A DNA stretch of 64,000 bases from Pseudomonadota bacterium (GTDB taxonomy: Bacteria; Desulfobacterota; Binatia; UBA12015), in the NCBI GenBank assembly GCA_005777805.1, contig SXLG01000013.1, forward strand, positions 976 through 64,975, in the 5' to 3' direction. The translations under genes and the position numbers were made by a program. The first letter of the stretch is position 1, and each line of letters opens with the position of its first letter. Positions 17,716 through 27,509 of this stretch are shown piece after piece. The notes under the pieces are model-generated. The model worked only from the letters and a program-made list of their open reading frames with translations, searched no databases and was not told where the DNA came from.

Positions 17716-20070
17716 ATGCGTGCGCATGGCCACGGCAGTCGGGGGGGGGTGGCCTTGATTTTCGCCACGACGGTGTGGGCTTGCAGCAGCGTACCCCCCG
17801 ACGCCGGCTTGCCGGCCGGAGAAGGCCCGGCGGCGCCGTGGCGGCGGACCGAGGAACGCGCACCCTGCGCGAGCTTCGAGCCGCTGCGCCAGCCTCTCTT
17901 CGGGGATCTGCACATCCACACGCGCTTCTCGGCCGACGCCTCGATCTTCGGCACGAAGGTGGGCCCGCGCGATGCCTATGCTTTCGCCCGGGGCGCGAGC
18001 ATCGGTCTCGTGGACGATGCCGAAGAGCTCACTCGTGGGGCCCGTATCGATCGGGTGCTCGACTTTGCCGCCGTCACTGACCACGCCGAATTCTTTGGCG
18101 AAGTCAGTCTGTGCCTGACGCCTGGTTCGCCGCTCTTCGACAGCGAGATGTGCCAGAACCTGCGGCGGCCGGACGAGGCCGACAACCGTTTCCTCACGGT
18201 GGTGCAGTGGCTCTTTCCCCTCGGCGTCCCCGATCCGCCCCACTCGCACGCTTTCTGCGACACGCCCGGCGTCGATTGCGACGCCGAGTCGGCGTCGGTG
18301 TGGCAGGAGATGCAGGCCGCCGCCGAGGAGGCCTACGATCGCAGTGGCGGCTGCGAGTTCACGAGCTTCATCGGTTACGAGCACACGTCCAGCCCGCTGG
18401 GGCGCCACCGCCACCGCAACGTGATCTTCCGCAACCACGTCGTGCCGGCGATCGCGGCGAGCCAGCTCGAGACGGCAACCGAGGGCTTTCCGCAGGGACT
18501 CTGGAACGCGATCGAGCGCGATTGTCTCGGCGCGGGGCAGGGCTGCGATGCGGTGATCATCCCGCACAACTCCAATTTGAGTGAGGGCCAGCAGTTCGAG
18601 GATCCGCTCGACGCGGCCGACGCCCAGCGGCGGCAGGACCGGGAGCCGCTGGTCGAGATCCACCAGATCAAGGGCAATTCGGAATGCCGCTACGACCGGC
18701 TGGCCGGCGCTGGCGTCGGCACCGAGGACGAACTCTGCGCTTTCGAGCAGATGGCGGTCGCGCACGAAGGTCCCGACAATCTGCCGGTTCCCGACCTCGC
18801 TGCCTGGCCGAGGCGCAATCTGGTCCGCAACGTCCTGAAGGACGGGTTGGCGCTCGAGGAGTCGATGGGCGCGAATCCCTTTCGCATGGGCTTTGTTGGT
18901 GCGACCGATACCCACAACGCCAACGCGGGCGACACGGCCGAGGCCGGCTGGGACGGCGCCCAGGGCAATTCCGACGCCAGTCCGGCGGGACGAATTCAGC
19001 GTGAGCTGCGCACGAACCCCGGCGGCCTCACGGTGGTCTGGGCCGAAGAGAACTCGCGCGACGCGATCTTCGCCGCGCTGGTCCGGCGCGAGACGTACGC
19101 CACCAGCGGCACCCGGCCGATCATTCGACTCTTTGCGGGCCGACTCGAGGGCGTGAGCTGCGACACCTCCGATCTGGTTGCTCGAGCGTACGCTTCGGCA
19201 ACGCCGATGGGCGGTGAGATCGGACCCGTCCGAGGTTCGGCGAGCCCACGCATTGTCGTGCTGGCGGCGGCCGATGCCGGTACGTCGGAGGCCCCGGGCA
19301 CGGCTCTGCAGCGCGTCCAGCTGGTCAAGGGCTGGGTGGACGAGTCCGGCGCGGTCCACGAGCGGGTCTTCGACGTCGCCGGCTCGGCCACAGGCGGGCT
19401 CGGGCTCGATCGCGACACCTGCACGCCGGCCCCCGGCGCGCGCGAACTCTGTGCGCTCTGGGAAGACCCGGAGTTCGATCCCGGACAGCGCGCCTTCTAC
19501 TCCGCGCGCGTGCGGGAGAACCCGAGCTGCCGCTGGAGCACGCTGACCTGCAAGGCGCAGGGGGTCGATCCCTTCGCGGCGGAATGCTCCGCGCAGGCGG
19601 CCACGCGTGGCGCGGCGTGGGCGGATTGTTGTCTGACGCAGGAGGACGACCTCTCGCTTGCGCCGGTTATCCAGGAACGCGCCTGGACCTCCCCGGTCTG
19701 GTACCGCCCAGACGCGATCGCCGAGGCCTCGGGGGCAATTCTCTGGCGTGGACGGCGGGGCGAGCTCGACGTGCGGATCGTCATCGCGCGTCTCCCCGAC
19801 GCGGTGGCGCAGGGCGAGTTGCCGCTCACCCTCATCGTCGAGGGTGCCGGCGAGTTGATGCGGTTGAGCTGGCCCGCAGGGGACGCTCCGCTCGAGAGGG
19901 ACCCGGAGGGACGCAGCGTCCTCCATGTGACCGCCGGCGGAATCGAACGCGAGATGCTGGGTTCGGGCGATCCGACGCTGCTCCTCCGCCTTGAATCTGG
20001 TCTCTACCGAGCCGAGCACCGCCGACGTTGGCACGCCCGGGAGGGCGGGCTGGTGCTGGATCCCGGGTGA
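17716..20070 (+). CDS. DUF3604 family exported protein / lipoprotein
   Basis: N-terminal signal with Cys (ALIFATTVWACSS). FGDLHIHTRFSADASIFGT and downstream conserved blocks are typical of DUF3604. Family assignment is from memory, with moderate confidence. Confidence 0.55.
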   Translation: MRAHGHGSRGGVALIFATTVWACSSVPPDAGLPAGEGPAAPWRRTEERAPCASFEPLRQPLFGDLHIHTRFSADASIFGTKVGPRDAYAFARGASIGLVDDAEELTRGARIDRVLDFAAVTDHAEFFGEVSLCLTPGSPLFDSEMCQNLRRPDEADNRFLTVVQWLFPLGVPDPPHSHAFCDTPGVDCDAESASVWQEMQAAAEEAYDRSGGCEFTSFIGYEHTSSPLGRHRHRNVIFRNHVVPAIAASQLETATEGFPQGLWNAIERDCLGAGQGCDAVIIPHNSNLSEGQQFEDPLDAADAQRRQDREPLVEIHQIKGNSECRYDRLAGAGVGTEDELCAFEQMAVAHEGPDNLPVPDLAAWPRRNLVRNVLKDGLALEESMGANPFRMGFVGATDTHNANAGDTAEAGWDGAQGNSDASPAGRIQRELRTNPGGLTVVWAEENSRDAIFAALVRRETYATSGTRPIIRLFAGRLEGVSCDTSDLVARAYASATPMGGEIGPVRGSASPRIVVLAAADAGTSEAPGTALQRVQLVKGWVDESGAVHERVFDVAGSATGGLGLDRDTCTPAPGARELCALWEDPEFDPGQRAFYSARVRENPSCRWSTLTCKAQGVDPFAAECSAQAATRGAAWADCCLTQEDDLSLAPVIQERAWTSPVWYRPDAIAEASGAILWRGRRGELDVRIVIARLPDAVAQGELPLTLIVEGAGELMRLSWPAGDAPLERDPEGRSVLHVTAGGIEREMLGSGDPTLLLRLESGLYRAEHRRRWHAREGGLVLDPG

Positions 20071-20147
20071 GTCTCACGCCAGCGGAACCGAGGGCCGGCG
20101 CGCGCGGAGCGGCGTTGCGCGCTGCGGCGCGGTCGCCGGCGCTGCGC

Positions 20148-21173
20148 ATGTTGCTGGCCGGCGGCATCCTCATGGTTTTGGTCCGGATGCTGCCCGCCGC
20201 AGCACCCGCGGGCGTGGCCGCAGTGCGTCCGTCAAGTCACACTGTCGGGGGCTCGGCGGACCCTGTGGCGAACGATCCCGAGCGTCTTCTCTGGCTTGCG
20301 GCGGCCGGAGTCGCCGCCGAGGACGCGGCGGTCAGGGGCCGGCTCCTGAAGCTTGCGCGTCACCTCGAACTCGGGCGTGGTGCGACGGACACGGACGCCG
20401 AGCTGATCGCGGCGGCCCGCGCGGCGGGGATCGCGGGCAACGACGTGGTGATCCGACGATACTTGACCGAACTCCTCCGGCTTGCCCTGGAGCGTCCGGG
20501 CGCCACGGACCGGCCGACCGAGGCCGAGCTGCGCGACTTCCACGAACGGAATACGGCGCGCTTTACGACGGCGGCCCGCGTCCGGGCGACGCAGGTGTAC
20601 GTGCGGGCATCGAGTCCCTGGACCGGGGCCGCCGGGGACGACAAGGCAGGTTGGGAAGAGCGCTTGTCCGGTGCGCAGACATCGAGACCCGCGACCGGGT
20701 ATGCCGGGGGCGGTAGGGCAGGTCCAAAAGCGCGCCTGCATGACGTGCGAACATCGAGTCTTGCGACCGGGGACACGGCTCGGGCGTTGGCGCTGCTCGA
20801 TCGGCTCCGGGTCGGAGCTGTGTCGCCGACCGAGGCCGGGTCGTATGGCGATCCTTTCGTGCGCGGCCCGCGCATCGAGGGCACGCTGGAGTCCATTACG
20901 CGGGCGTTCGGCCCCGAGTTCGCGCACGGCCTCGACCAATTGGCGCCCGGCCGATGGCAGGGGCCCCTGGCCTCGGCGCACGGGCTGCATCTGGTTTGGG
21001 TGGAGGAGCGGCTCTCGGCGCGTCGGACGCCGCTCGACGCGGTGCGGGGTCAGGTGGTGCACGGCCTCCTGCGCGAGCGTGGGCTGGCGCGGGCCGAGCA
21101 GCGGCTTGCAGCACTCGGGCGGACTACTCGAGACCCATCATTCGCGCGAAGCCGAAGCGGTGGCCCGCAGTAA
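20148..21173 (+). CDS. Membrane-anchored parvulin-like peptidyl-prolyl isomerase (PpiC/SurA-type domain), putative
   Basis: N-terminal TM (MLLAGGILMVLVRMLPAAAP). C-terminal ..GPLASAHGLHLVWVEERLSARRTPLDAVRGQV resembles the parvulin G-x-H-x-I-x-V block. The central region contains three 24-aa degenerate repeats. Confidence 0.45.
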   Translation: MLLAGGILMVLVRMLPAAAPAGVAAVRPSSHTVGGSADPVANDPERLLWLAAAGVAAEDAAVRGRLLKLARHLELGRGATDTDAELIAAARAAGIAGNDVVIRRYLTELLRLALERPGATDRPTEAELRDFHERNTARFTTAARVRATQVYVRASSPWTGAAGDDKAGWEERLSGAQTSRPATGYAGGGRAGPKARLHDVRTSSLATGDTARALALLDRLRVGAVSPTEAGSYGDPFVRGPRIEGTLESITRAFGPEFAHGLDQLAPGRWQGPLASAHGLHLVWVEERLSARRTPLDAVRGQVVHGLLRERGLARAEQRLAALGRTTRDPSFARSRSGGPQ

Positions 21174-21915
21174 ATCCACCATCGACAGCCAGCGCCTGTC
21201 CGGTGATGAAGGAAGCCTCCTCCGAGGCAAGGAAGAGCACAGCGTTGGCGATCTCCGAGGCCCGGCCGAAGCGGCCGAGCTGGTGGGCGTCACGAACCCG
21301 GGCCATCATCTCCTCCATGCCCGGATGCCCGAACACCTGGCGCAACATCGGTGTGTCGATGAAGCCGGGACAGACCGCGTTCACGCGGATTCCCTTGCGC
21401 GCGTAGTCCATCGCCATGTTGCGGGTCAGCAGCACGACGCCGCCCTTGGACGCGTTGTAAGCGCTGCCGCCCTCGGTGCCCTCGAGTCCCTCGATGCTTG
21501 CGATGTTGACGATGCTGCCGCCGCGGCGCGTGAGCATGGCCGCGATCGCCTGCTTGCAGACCAGAAACGTTCCTTTCAGGTTGCTGTCGATCACACGATC
21601 CCAGTCCGCGACCGGCACCAGATGCACCGGGCCACCACCGGCGACTCCCGCCGCGTTGACGACGATGTCGATGCCGCCGAAGCGCGCCAGGATCTGTGCG
21701 ACCGCCGCCTCGACCTGGGCCTCGTCGCGCACGTCGCAGGAATAGAGTTCCGTCTCGGTGAGCCGCGCCGCGGCTAGCCAGTCCTCCAGTGGTGTCGCGC
21801 CGATATCGAGCCCGGCGATCCGGGCGCCTTCTGCTGCAAAGCGCAGCGCGCAGGCCGCCCCGATGCCCGAACCGGCTCCGGTGATCAATGCGATCTTGCC
21901 CTCGAGATGTCCCAT
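21124..21915 (-). CDS. SDR family NAD(P)-dependent oxidoreductase (FabG-like)
   Basis: TGAGSGIGAA Rossmann motif, NAAG, catalytic S..YNASKGGV, and PGFIDTPM. Confidence 0.85.
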   Translation of the reverse strand: MGHLEGKIALITGAGSGIGAACALRFAAEGARIAGLDIGATPLEDWLAAARLTETELYSCDVRDEAQVEAAVAQILARFGGIDIVVNAAGVAGGGPVHLVPVADWDRVIDSNLKGTFLVCKQAIAAMLTRRGGSIVNIASIEGLEGTEGGSAYNASKGGVVLLTRNMAMDYARKGIRVNAVCPGFIDTPMLRQVFGHPGMEEMMARVRDAHQLGRFGRASEIANAVLFLASEEASFITGQALAVDGGFTAGHRFGFARMMGLE

Positions 21916-22156
21916 GGCGCAGCTCTCCCCTGGCGTGCTGCATACAGACTGGTGCCGCGGGTCGCTTGCCCGCGTGAGGGCGGGGGAGAGGGCGCAGCGG
22001 TGCGTGGAGGGACGGCCGGTCGCTCTTCCCGAGGCGGTCGCTCGCGCGGCGCAGGGCGGTTCACCTGTCCGCCGCTTCTTTCGTAGTCAAGACCAGCTCC
22101 AGCAAGGGCGAAGCCGGCGCCGCGCACGAGCGGCTTCGTCTGCTAGCAGCCCGCCG

Positions 22157-22954
22157 ATGATCGAGGCTCTCTTCGAGCGCGTCGCGCAGGATCGCGTCCT
22201 GCCCACACCCTTCTCGCGTGGGCCGTGGTCGGCAGGCGCGCTCCACGGGGGGGCGGTCGCGGCCCTCTTTGCCGGCGAACTCGAGGCGCTACCCGCTCCC
22301 GATGCGATGCAACCCGCGCGACTCACCGTCGAACTCGTCCGACCGGTGCCGCTCACCACGCTCGAGATCCGGACGCGCGTGGTGCGTCCGGGCCGCAAGA
22401 TCGACCTCGCCGAGGCTGAACTCTTGGCTGGTGGAAAGGTCGTCGCGCTGGCGCGCCTGCTGCGTATCCGTGTCCAGGCGCTCCCGCTGCCGCCCGGCGT
22501 GGCCGAACGCACGGCCGATCCGGTGCCGCCACCGCCCGAGGATGCGCCACCGTTGCCGGGGCCCCTCGGTGATCCCGGCCCCATCGCCTACCACTGGGCC
22601 GCCACCGAGCATCGTCAGGTTAAGGGTTCGTGGGATGGGCTCGGCCGGGCCACCGACTGGATCCGGCTGCGCGTGCCGGTGGTCGGCGGTGCCGAGATCT
22701 CGCCCTTTCAGCGTGTCGCCGCTGCTGCCGATTTCGCCAACGGCATCAGCGCCGAACTGCCCTTCACCGAGTGGCTCTTCCTCAATCCAGACTTGAGCAT
22801 TCACCTCCAGCGTCAGCCAGTGGATGAGTGGGTTTGTCTCGACGCCCGGACACTGCCGGGCGAGAGTGGCGCTGCCACCACCGAGAGTGCGCTCTTCGAC
22901 CGCAAGGGGCGCATCGGCCGGACGATGCAGAGCGTGCTGCTCGAGCAACGCTGA
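22157..22954 (+). CDS. Thioesterase-like superfamily protein (acyl-CoA thioesterase II / 4HBT_3-like double hotdog)
   Basis: MIEALFERV..PFSRGPWSAGALHGGAVAAL and C-terminal ..ESALFDRKGRIGRTMQSVLLE are typical of the TesB-like family. The upstream part of the track ORF overlaps the SDR gene. Confidence 0.6.
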   Translation: MIEALFERVAQDRVLPTPFSRGPWSAGALHGGAVAALFAGELEALPAPDAMQPARLTVELVRPVPLTTLEIRTRVVRPGRKIDLAEAELLAGGKVVALARLLRIRVQALPLPPGVAERTADPVPPPPEDAPPLPGPLGDPGPIAYHWAATEHRQVKGSWDGLGRATDWIRLRVPVVGGAEISPFQRVAAAADFANGISAELPFTEWLFLNPDLSIHLQRQPVDEWVCLDARTLPGESGAATTESALFDRKGRIGRTMQSVLLEQR

Positions 22955-23181
22955 GGTCCGGGTTCGCGCCCATCGGCGTCTTGGCGGGGGAACGCGGTGC
23001 TGCGCACGCGAGGCCGCGATCCGCGCGTGGCCCGCGCCGAGTGGTCCGGCCCGGCCCAAGGCGTTCGGCGCGGGGTGATCGAGACCGCCTCGGTGTTGCC
23101 TCGGGCGCGGCGCTGGCCTAACGCGGCTTGGTGTCGAACCGCCGCGGCCTGCCGCGGGCGGGGTACCGAGGGGAGCAAGCC

Positions 23182-25593
23182 ATGGAAATACGCGAGAGCC
23201 GAGCCGTCGATCCCTCCATCTCACGGCGCGGCGCGCCCTTCGCGGCGACGGCCCTCTCGACGGTGTGCGTGCTTTGCAGCCACAACTGCGGCGTGCGGGT
23301 CGACGTCGAGGCCGGGTGCATCACGAAGGTTCGCGCCGACCCCACGAGCCCGATTCGCGAGGGCTATTTCTGCAACAAGGGGGCGACGATCGGGCACTAC
23401 GTCGACCATGCGCAGCGTACGCGGGTGCCGCTGCGCCGACGGGCCGATGGCTCGTTCGAGGAGACCTCCTGGGACACGGCGATCGCCGAGATCGCCCACC
23501 GGCTTGGCGAACTCCGCCGCGAGCATGGCCCGCGTTCGATCGGGCTGGTCGGGGTTGGTGGTCAAGGAAATCATATGGATGCACCCTGGGCCCAGGGCTT
23601 CATGAAGGCGATCGGCTCGCGGCGGACCTTCAACGCCTACGCCCAGGAAAAGACGCAGCACCACCTGATCGACGCGTGGATGTTCGATGCGCCGCCCAAT
23701 GTCTTCTTTCATGCCGATCAGGAGCATTCCGAGTTCATCGTGCTGATGGGGACGAACCCGCGCATCTCGAACCGCGGTCATAACGCCACCGACTTCCTTC
23801 TCGCTCTCGCCCAGGATCCGGCACGGACGCTGGTCGCGATCGATCCGCGCGAGACCGAGACGACGCGCGGCGCCGACCGTCATCTCAAGATCAAGCCAGG
23901 GACGGATGCCCAGATCCTGCTCGGGCTCGCGGCAGCGATCGTGCAGAACGAACTCACCGACATGGCTTTTCTCGCCGAGCGGACCTCGGGTTTCGAGGAA
24001 GTGCGCGCGTTCCTCGGGCGGGTCGAGGTGTCGGTGATGGAGGAGCGGGCCGGCCTGGCCGCGGGCACGCTCGGGCAACTCGCCGGGGACATGGCCGGGG
24101 CGAAGTCGGCGAGCATCTTCTTCGATCTCGGCGTCGAGCAGCAGCCGTTCTCGACTCTGATTTCGTACCTGATTCGCCTGAACCTGGTGCTGACCGGCAA
24201 CGTCGGCAACCGTGGCGGCAATCTGTTCCTGGAGAACTTCACTCCGCCCACGCGCAGCGCGAATCGTTTCGAGGAGCCCGAGCGGGCGCTCGCCTCGGGG
24301 ATCCCGGCAATCCGGGCGCTCGGTCAGACGGGCCTCTTCTCGCCCACGCTGATTCCGGAGGAGATTCTCCTCGACCACCCCGAACGTCTGCGGGCGCTCA
24401 TCGTCGAGGGCGCCAACCCGCTGCTCTCCTACTCGGACACGGGACGCTGGCGCAAGGCGGTGGGCGCGCTCGATCTGCTGGTCGTGATCGACCCGGCATT
24501 CACCGAGACCGCGCGGCACGCCGACTACGTGCTGCCCACGCCGAGCGGCTACGAGAAGTGGGAGATTTCGCTCTTCCCGAAGCGCCACCCCGAGATCCAC
24601 GCCCAGCTCCGCCCGCCGGTCGTTCCGGTGCGGGGCAGTGGCCTACCGGAGGCCGAGATCTACGTCCGCTTGCTCGAGGCGATGGGGCTCGTGCTGCCGC
24701 CGCCCGACGAGCTGGTCCGCCTCGGCGACAAGCATGATGTCGATGCGCGGGCCGCGTTTCTGCCGACAGCCTTCGCGGCACTGACCCCGGTGCTGGAGCG
24801 CGGCCTCGACCCGGAGGCGCAGATCCTGGCCTGGGCCTATCGCACGATCGGCCGTCATTTCGATGCACCAACTCTGGTCGCGGTCTGGACCCTGTGTCAG
24901 CAGAACGCTCTGGGGCGTCGCAACTCGGTCGTGCGCACGCTCGGCGAGCAGTGGCGTGAGCGTCCGGCGGGAGAGATCGGCGAGGAGATTTTCGGACGGT
25001 TGCTGGCTCATCCCGAGGGAGTCGAAGTGGCGCGCGTGTCCGACACCGGCAACCTCGAAGACAACCTGGGTTGGGAGGACGGCCGGATCCGGCTCGCGAT
25101 CGAGCCGATGCTCGCCGAGATGCGCCGGGCACTGGAGACGACGAGTGCGACCACGCGCGAATTCCCGCTGGTCCTCGGCAGCGGGCTGCGCACGCGCTGG
25201 ACGGCCAACACGATCCAGCGCGACCGCGCCTGGCGCAAGGGCCGGGGGCCGCATTGCACGCTGGCCCTGCACGGCACGGACGCGGCATTGCTCGGCATCG
25301 GCGACGGCGAGCGGGTTCGGCTCACGACCCGTGCCGCGAGCGTCGAGCTGCCGGCGGTGATCGACGATCGTATGCAGCCGGGCTTCGTCTCGATGCCCAA
25401 CGGTTTCGGCATGCACTACGACACCGCCGCAGGTGGCATCGAGGTCGATGGCGTCAATATGAACGAGTTGACCTCGGTCGACGATCGCGACCCCTTCACC
25501 GGCTGCCCGTACCACCGCTGGCTGCCGTGCCGGGTCGAGCGGCTGACCGCCGCGGACAGCGTTCCTCTCGAGCCTGACACGCGCGGCGCGTGA
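23182..25593 (+). CDS. Molybdopterin (bis-MGD) oxidoreductase catalytic subunit (formate dehydrogenase/nitrate reductase superfamily)
   Basis: ATG preceded by GAGGGGAG. N-terminal 4Fe-4S Mo/W motif CVLCSHNCGVRVDVEAGCITKVRADPTSPIREGYFCNKG. About 803 aa. No partner Fe-S or cytochrome subunit genes nearby. Confidence 0.8.
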   Translation: MEIRESRAVDPSISRRGAPFAATALSTVCVLCSHNCGVRVDVEAGCITKVRADPTSPIREGYFCNKGATIGHYVDHAQRTRVPLRRRADGSFEETSWDTAIAEIAHRLGELRREHGPRSIGLVGVGGQGNHMDAPWAQGFMKAIGSRRTFNAYAQEKTQHHLIDAWMFDAPPNVFFHADQEHSEFIVLMGTNPRISNRGHNATDFLLALAQDPARTLVAIDPRETETTRGADRHLKIKPGTDAQILLGLAAAIVQNELTDMAFLAERTSGFEEVRAFLGRVEVSVMEERAGLAAGTLGQLAGDMAGAKSASIFFDLGVEQQPFSTLISYLIRLNLVLTGNVGNRGGNLFLENFTPPTRSANRFEEPERALASGIPAIRALGQTGLFSPTLIPEEILLDHPERLRALIVEGANPLLSYSDTGRWRKAVGALDLLVVIDPAFTETARHADYVLPTPSGYEKWEISLFPKRHPEIHAQLRPPVVPVRGSGLPEAEIYVRLLEAMGLVLPPPDELVRLGDKHDVDARAAFLPTAFAALTPVLERGLDPEAQILAWAYRTIGRHFDAPTLVAVWTLCQQNALGRRNSVVRTLGEQWRERPAGEIGEEIFGRLLAHPEGVEVARVSDTGNLEDNLGWEDGRIRLAIEPMLAEMRRALETTSATTREFPLVLGSGLRTRWTANTIQRDRAWRKGRGPHCTLALHGTDAALLGIGDGERVRLTTRAASVELPAVIDDRMQPGFVSMPNGFGMHYDTAAGGIEVDGVNMNELTSVDDRDPFTGCPYHRWLPCRVERLTAADSVPLEPDTRGA

Positions 25594-25762
25594 TGCCCGG
25601 CGTCCTGGGCGGCCGTGCGCGGAGCCGCTGCCAGGCGCCGGTGCTCGCGCGCGATCTGCGGCGTGTGCTTGGCACGCCGAGAGACCGTGGGTGAGGAAGC
25701 CCGATCACCCCACCCCGGGGCGACCCATCAGGTTATGATTCAGAGAGCCCCGGCGGATCCGG

Positions 25763-27283
25763 TCAAGCGGCCTGCGCGGGCGGTGCATGTGCTTGCGCCT
25801 GCGCGGCCGCCGACGCGCGGCGGCCCTTGAGCGACTTCCATGCCATGCGCAGCGTGACCTTGATGCCCTCGACTCCGAGGTAGGGGAAGGTCAGCGGGAT
25901 CAGCAGCACGTAGAGAATGAGGGCCAGCCGCTTCATGCGGTGGCGGATGATCCAGCGGATGGCGGGCTTCAGGAACTCGGGGCTCTTGGCGTAGACCGGC
26001 GTGATCTTGGCGAGGGTCTCGGCGAGTTCCTTGTGGGGGTGCCGCAGGATCGACTCGTGGTGGTAGCCCGAGATGCCCTGGCGCACTTTCTCCTCGCCCT
26101 CGGCGTCAAGGTAGCCGAGCCGGACCGAGTGTTCGTACATCTTGGTCCGCGGGAAGGGGTAGAACACGTAGGCCGAGGATTGAGTCGGCTTGATCTTGTC
26201 GACCATCTCGAGCGTCTTGAACATCTGCTCGGGCTGTTCGCCCGGGTTGCCGTAGATGCAGGACGCCTGGAGTCCGATGCCGCCGTCGAGGATGGTGCGC
26301 GCCGCCTTGTAGATCAGCTCGTCGGTCATCGGGCGGTCCATGAACTGCCGGCGCACCGTCTCGTCGCCCGAGTCGACGCCCATGAAGATCGTGTGGCAGT
26401 TGGCGGCCTTCATCGCCGCGACCAGTTTGGGCCGGATCGTCGTCGGGTAGCCGAAGCAGTACCAGGGCAGGTTGATTTCCTTGCGGTACGCCTCGCAGAA
26501 CTCCTCGACCCACTTCGGATTGGTCGTGAAGTTGTCGTCGTGGACGGAGACGTAGTGCGGGTCGTACTTCTGGAGGTTCTGCTTGAGTTCCGCGATCACG
26601 TTCGGGATGGAGCGCTTGCGCAGGAAATCGCCCGACCCCTTGAAGATCTCGCGCTGGTAGTGGATGTTGCAGAAGGTGCACTTGAAGGGGCAGCCCCGTC
26701 CGGTGAAGACCTCGAGGTTGTCCTTGAAGCAGCCGTAATCCCACCAGAGCTGCTTCTCCGGGAAGGGGAAGTTGTCGAGTTCGTTCTGGAGCGGGCCCAT
26801 CGGATTGCGGTGGATGAGCCCATGCTGCTTGACCCAGAGCGTCGGGATGTCGCTGTAATCCTCGCCGCGTGACATGCGCTCGGCCAGTTCGAGGATCGCG
26901 ATCTCGCCCTCGCCGGTGCACACCATGTCGATGTTGGGATCGTTGGTCAGGAGCCACTCGGGCAGGGCCTGGGCATGGTGGCCGCCCATCAGGATCGGCA
27001 CCTCGGGCATCGTCTGCTTGAGCATCTCGGCCATCTTCTTGGCGAAGGGGTAGAGGTTGGTCAGGCAGCCCATCGCGATGAGATCGGGCTTGAAGGCCTT
27101 GGCGCGCTCGAGCATCTCCTGATGGCGGTTCAGCCAGGCGAGCTGTGGGAACTTGATGAAGAGGTTGTCGTCGAGGCCGGGGTCGAAGATCAGGTCGATC
27201 TCGTGGCCGTGGGTCTTGAGCATCGACATGCAGTAGCCAACGCCCAGATTCTCGATCCCCCGGTAGTAGAACAGCACCCGCAT
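25763..27283 (-). CDS. B12-binding domain radical SAM protein (class B)
   Basis: N-terminal B12-binding region (MRVLFYYRGIENLGVGYCMSMLKTHGHEIDLIF). CxxxCxxC-type cluster TGRGCPFKCTFCNIHYQ. Lys/Phe/Tyr/Trp-rich composition and visibly lower GC than its neighbours. Confidence 0.8.
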   Translation of the reverse strand: MRVLFYYRGIENLGVGYCMSMLKTHGHEIDLIFDPGLDDNLFIKFPQLAWLNRHQEMLERAKAFKPDLIAMGCLTNLYPFAKKMAEMLKQTMPEVPILMGGHHAQALPEWLLTNDPNIDMVCTGEGEIAILELAERMSRGEDYSDIPTLWVKQHGLIHRNPMGPLQNELDNFPFPEKQLWWDYGCFKDNLEVFTGRGCPFKCTFCNIHYQREIFKGSGDFLRKRSIPNVIAELKQNLQKYDPHYVSVHDDNFTTNPKWVEEFCEAYRKEINLPWYCFGYPTTIRPKLVAAMKAANCHTIFMGVDSGDETVRRQFMDRPMTDELIYKAARTILDGGIGLQASCIYGNPGEQPEQMFKTLEMVDKIKPTQSSAYVFYPFPRTKMYEHSVRLGYLDAEGEEKVRQGISGYHHESILRHPHKELAETLAKITPVYAKSPEFLKPAIRWIIRHRMKRLALILYVLLIPLTFPYLGVEGIKVTLRMAWKSLKGRRASAAAQAQAHAPPAQAA

Positions 27284-27509
27284 CGCCCTCGAGGATCGGG
27301 GAACGGCTCGCTCTGGTCAAGGGAATATCCCCCCGGGAAGGGGGAATTACGAAGCGGAACCCGGGGTGCCCGGCGAACGCTGGGCCAGCACGTGCCAGGG
27401 CGCCGGGCGGGTGTCTCGATGAAGGGGGCAGCGCCCGCTCGAGGGACGCCGCACGTCGGGCGGGTGCCGCCGCACTGGGGCAGCGCGTGGTGGCGCTCCG
27501 AGCGCCCGC

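Noticed and set aside
25763-27283. Interpreting the B12-radical SAM gene as the hopanoid C-2 methylase HpnP.
   Set aside because: No squalene-hopene cyclase or other hpn genes are in the window. Class B rSAMs are diverse. Only a generic methylase role is proposed.
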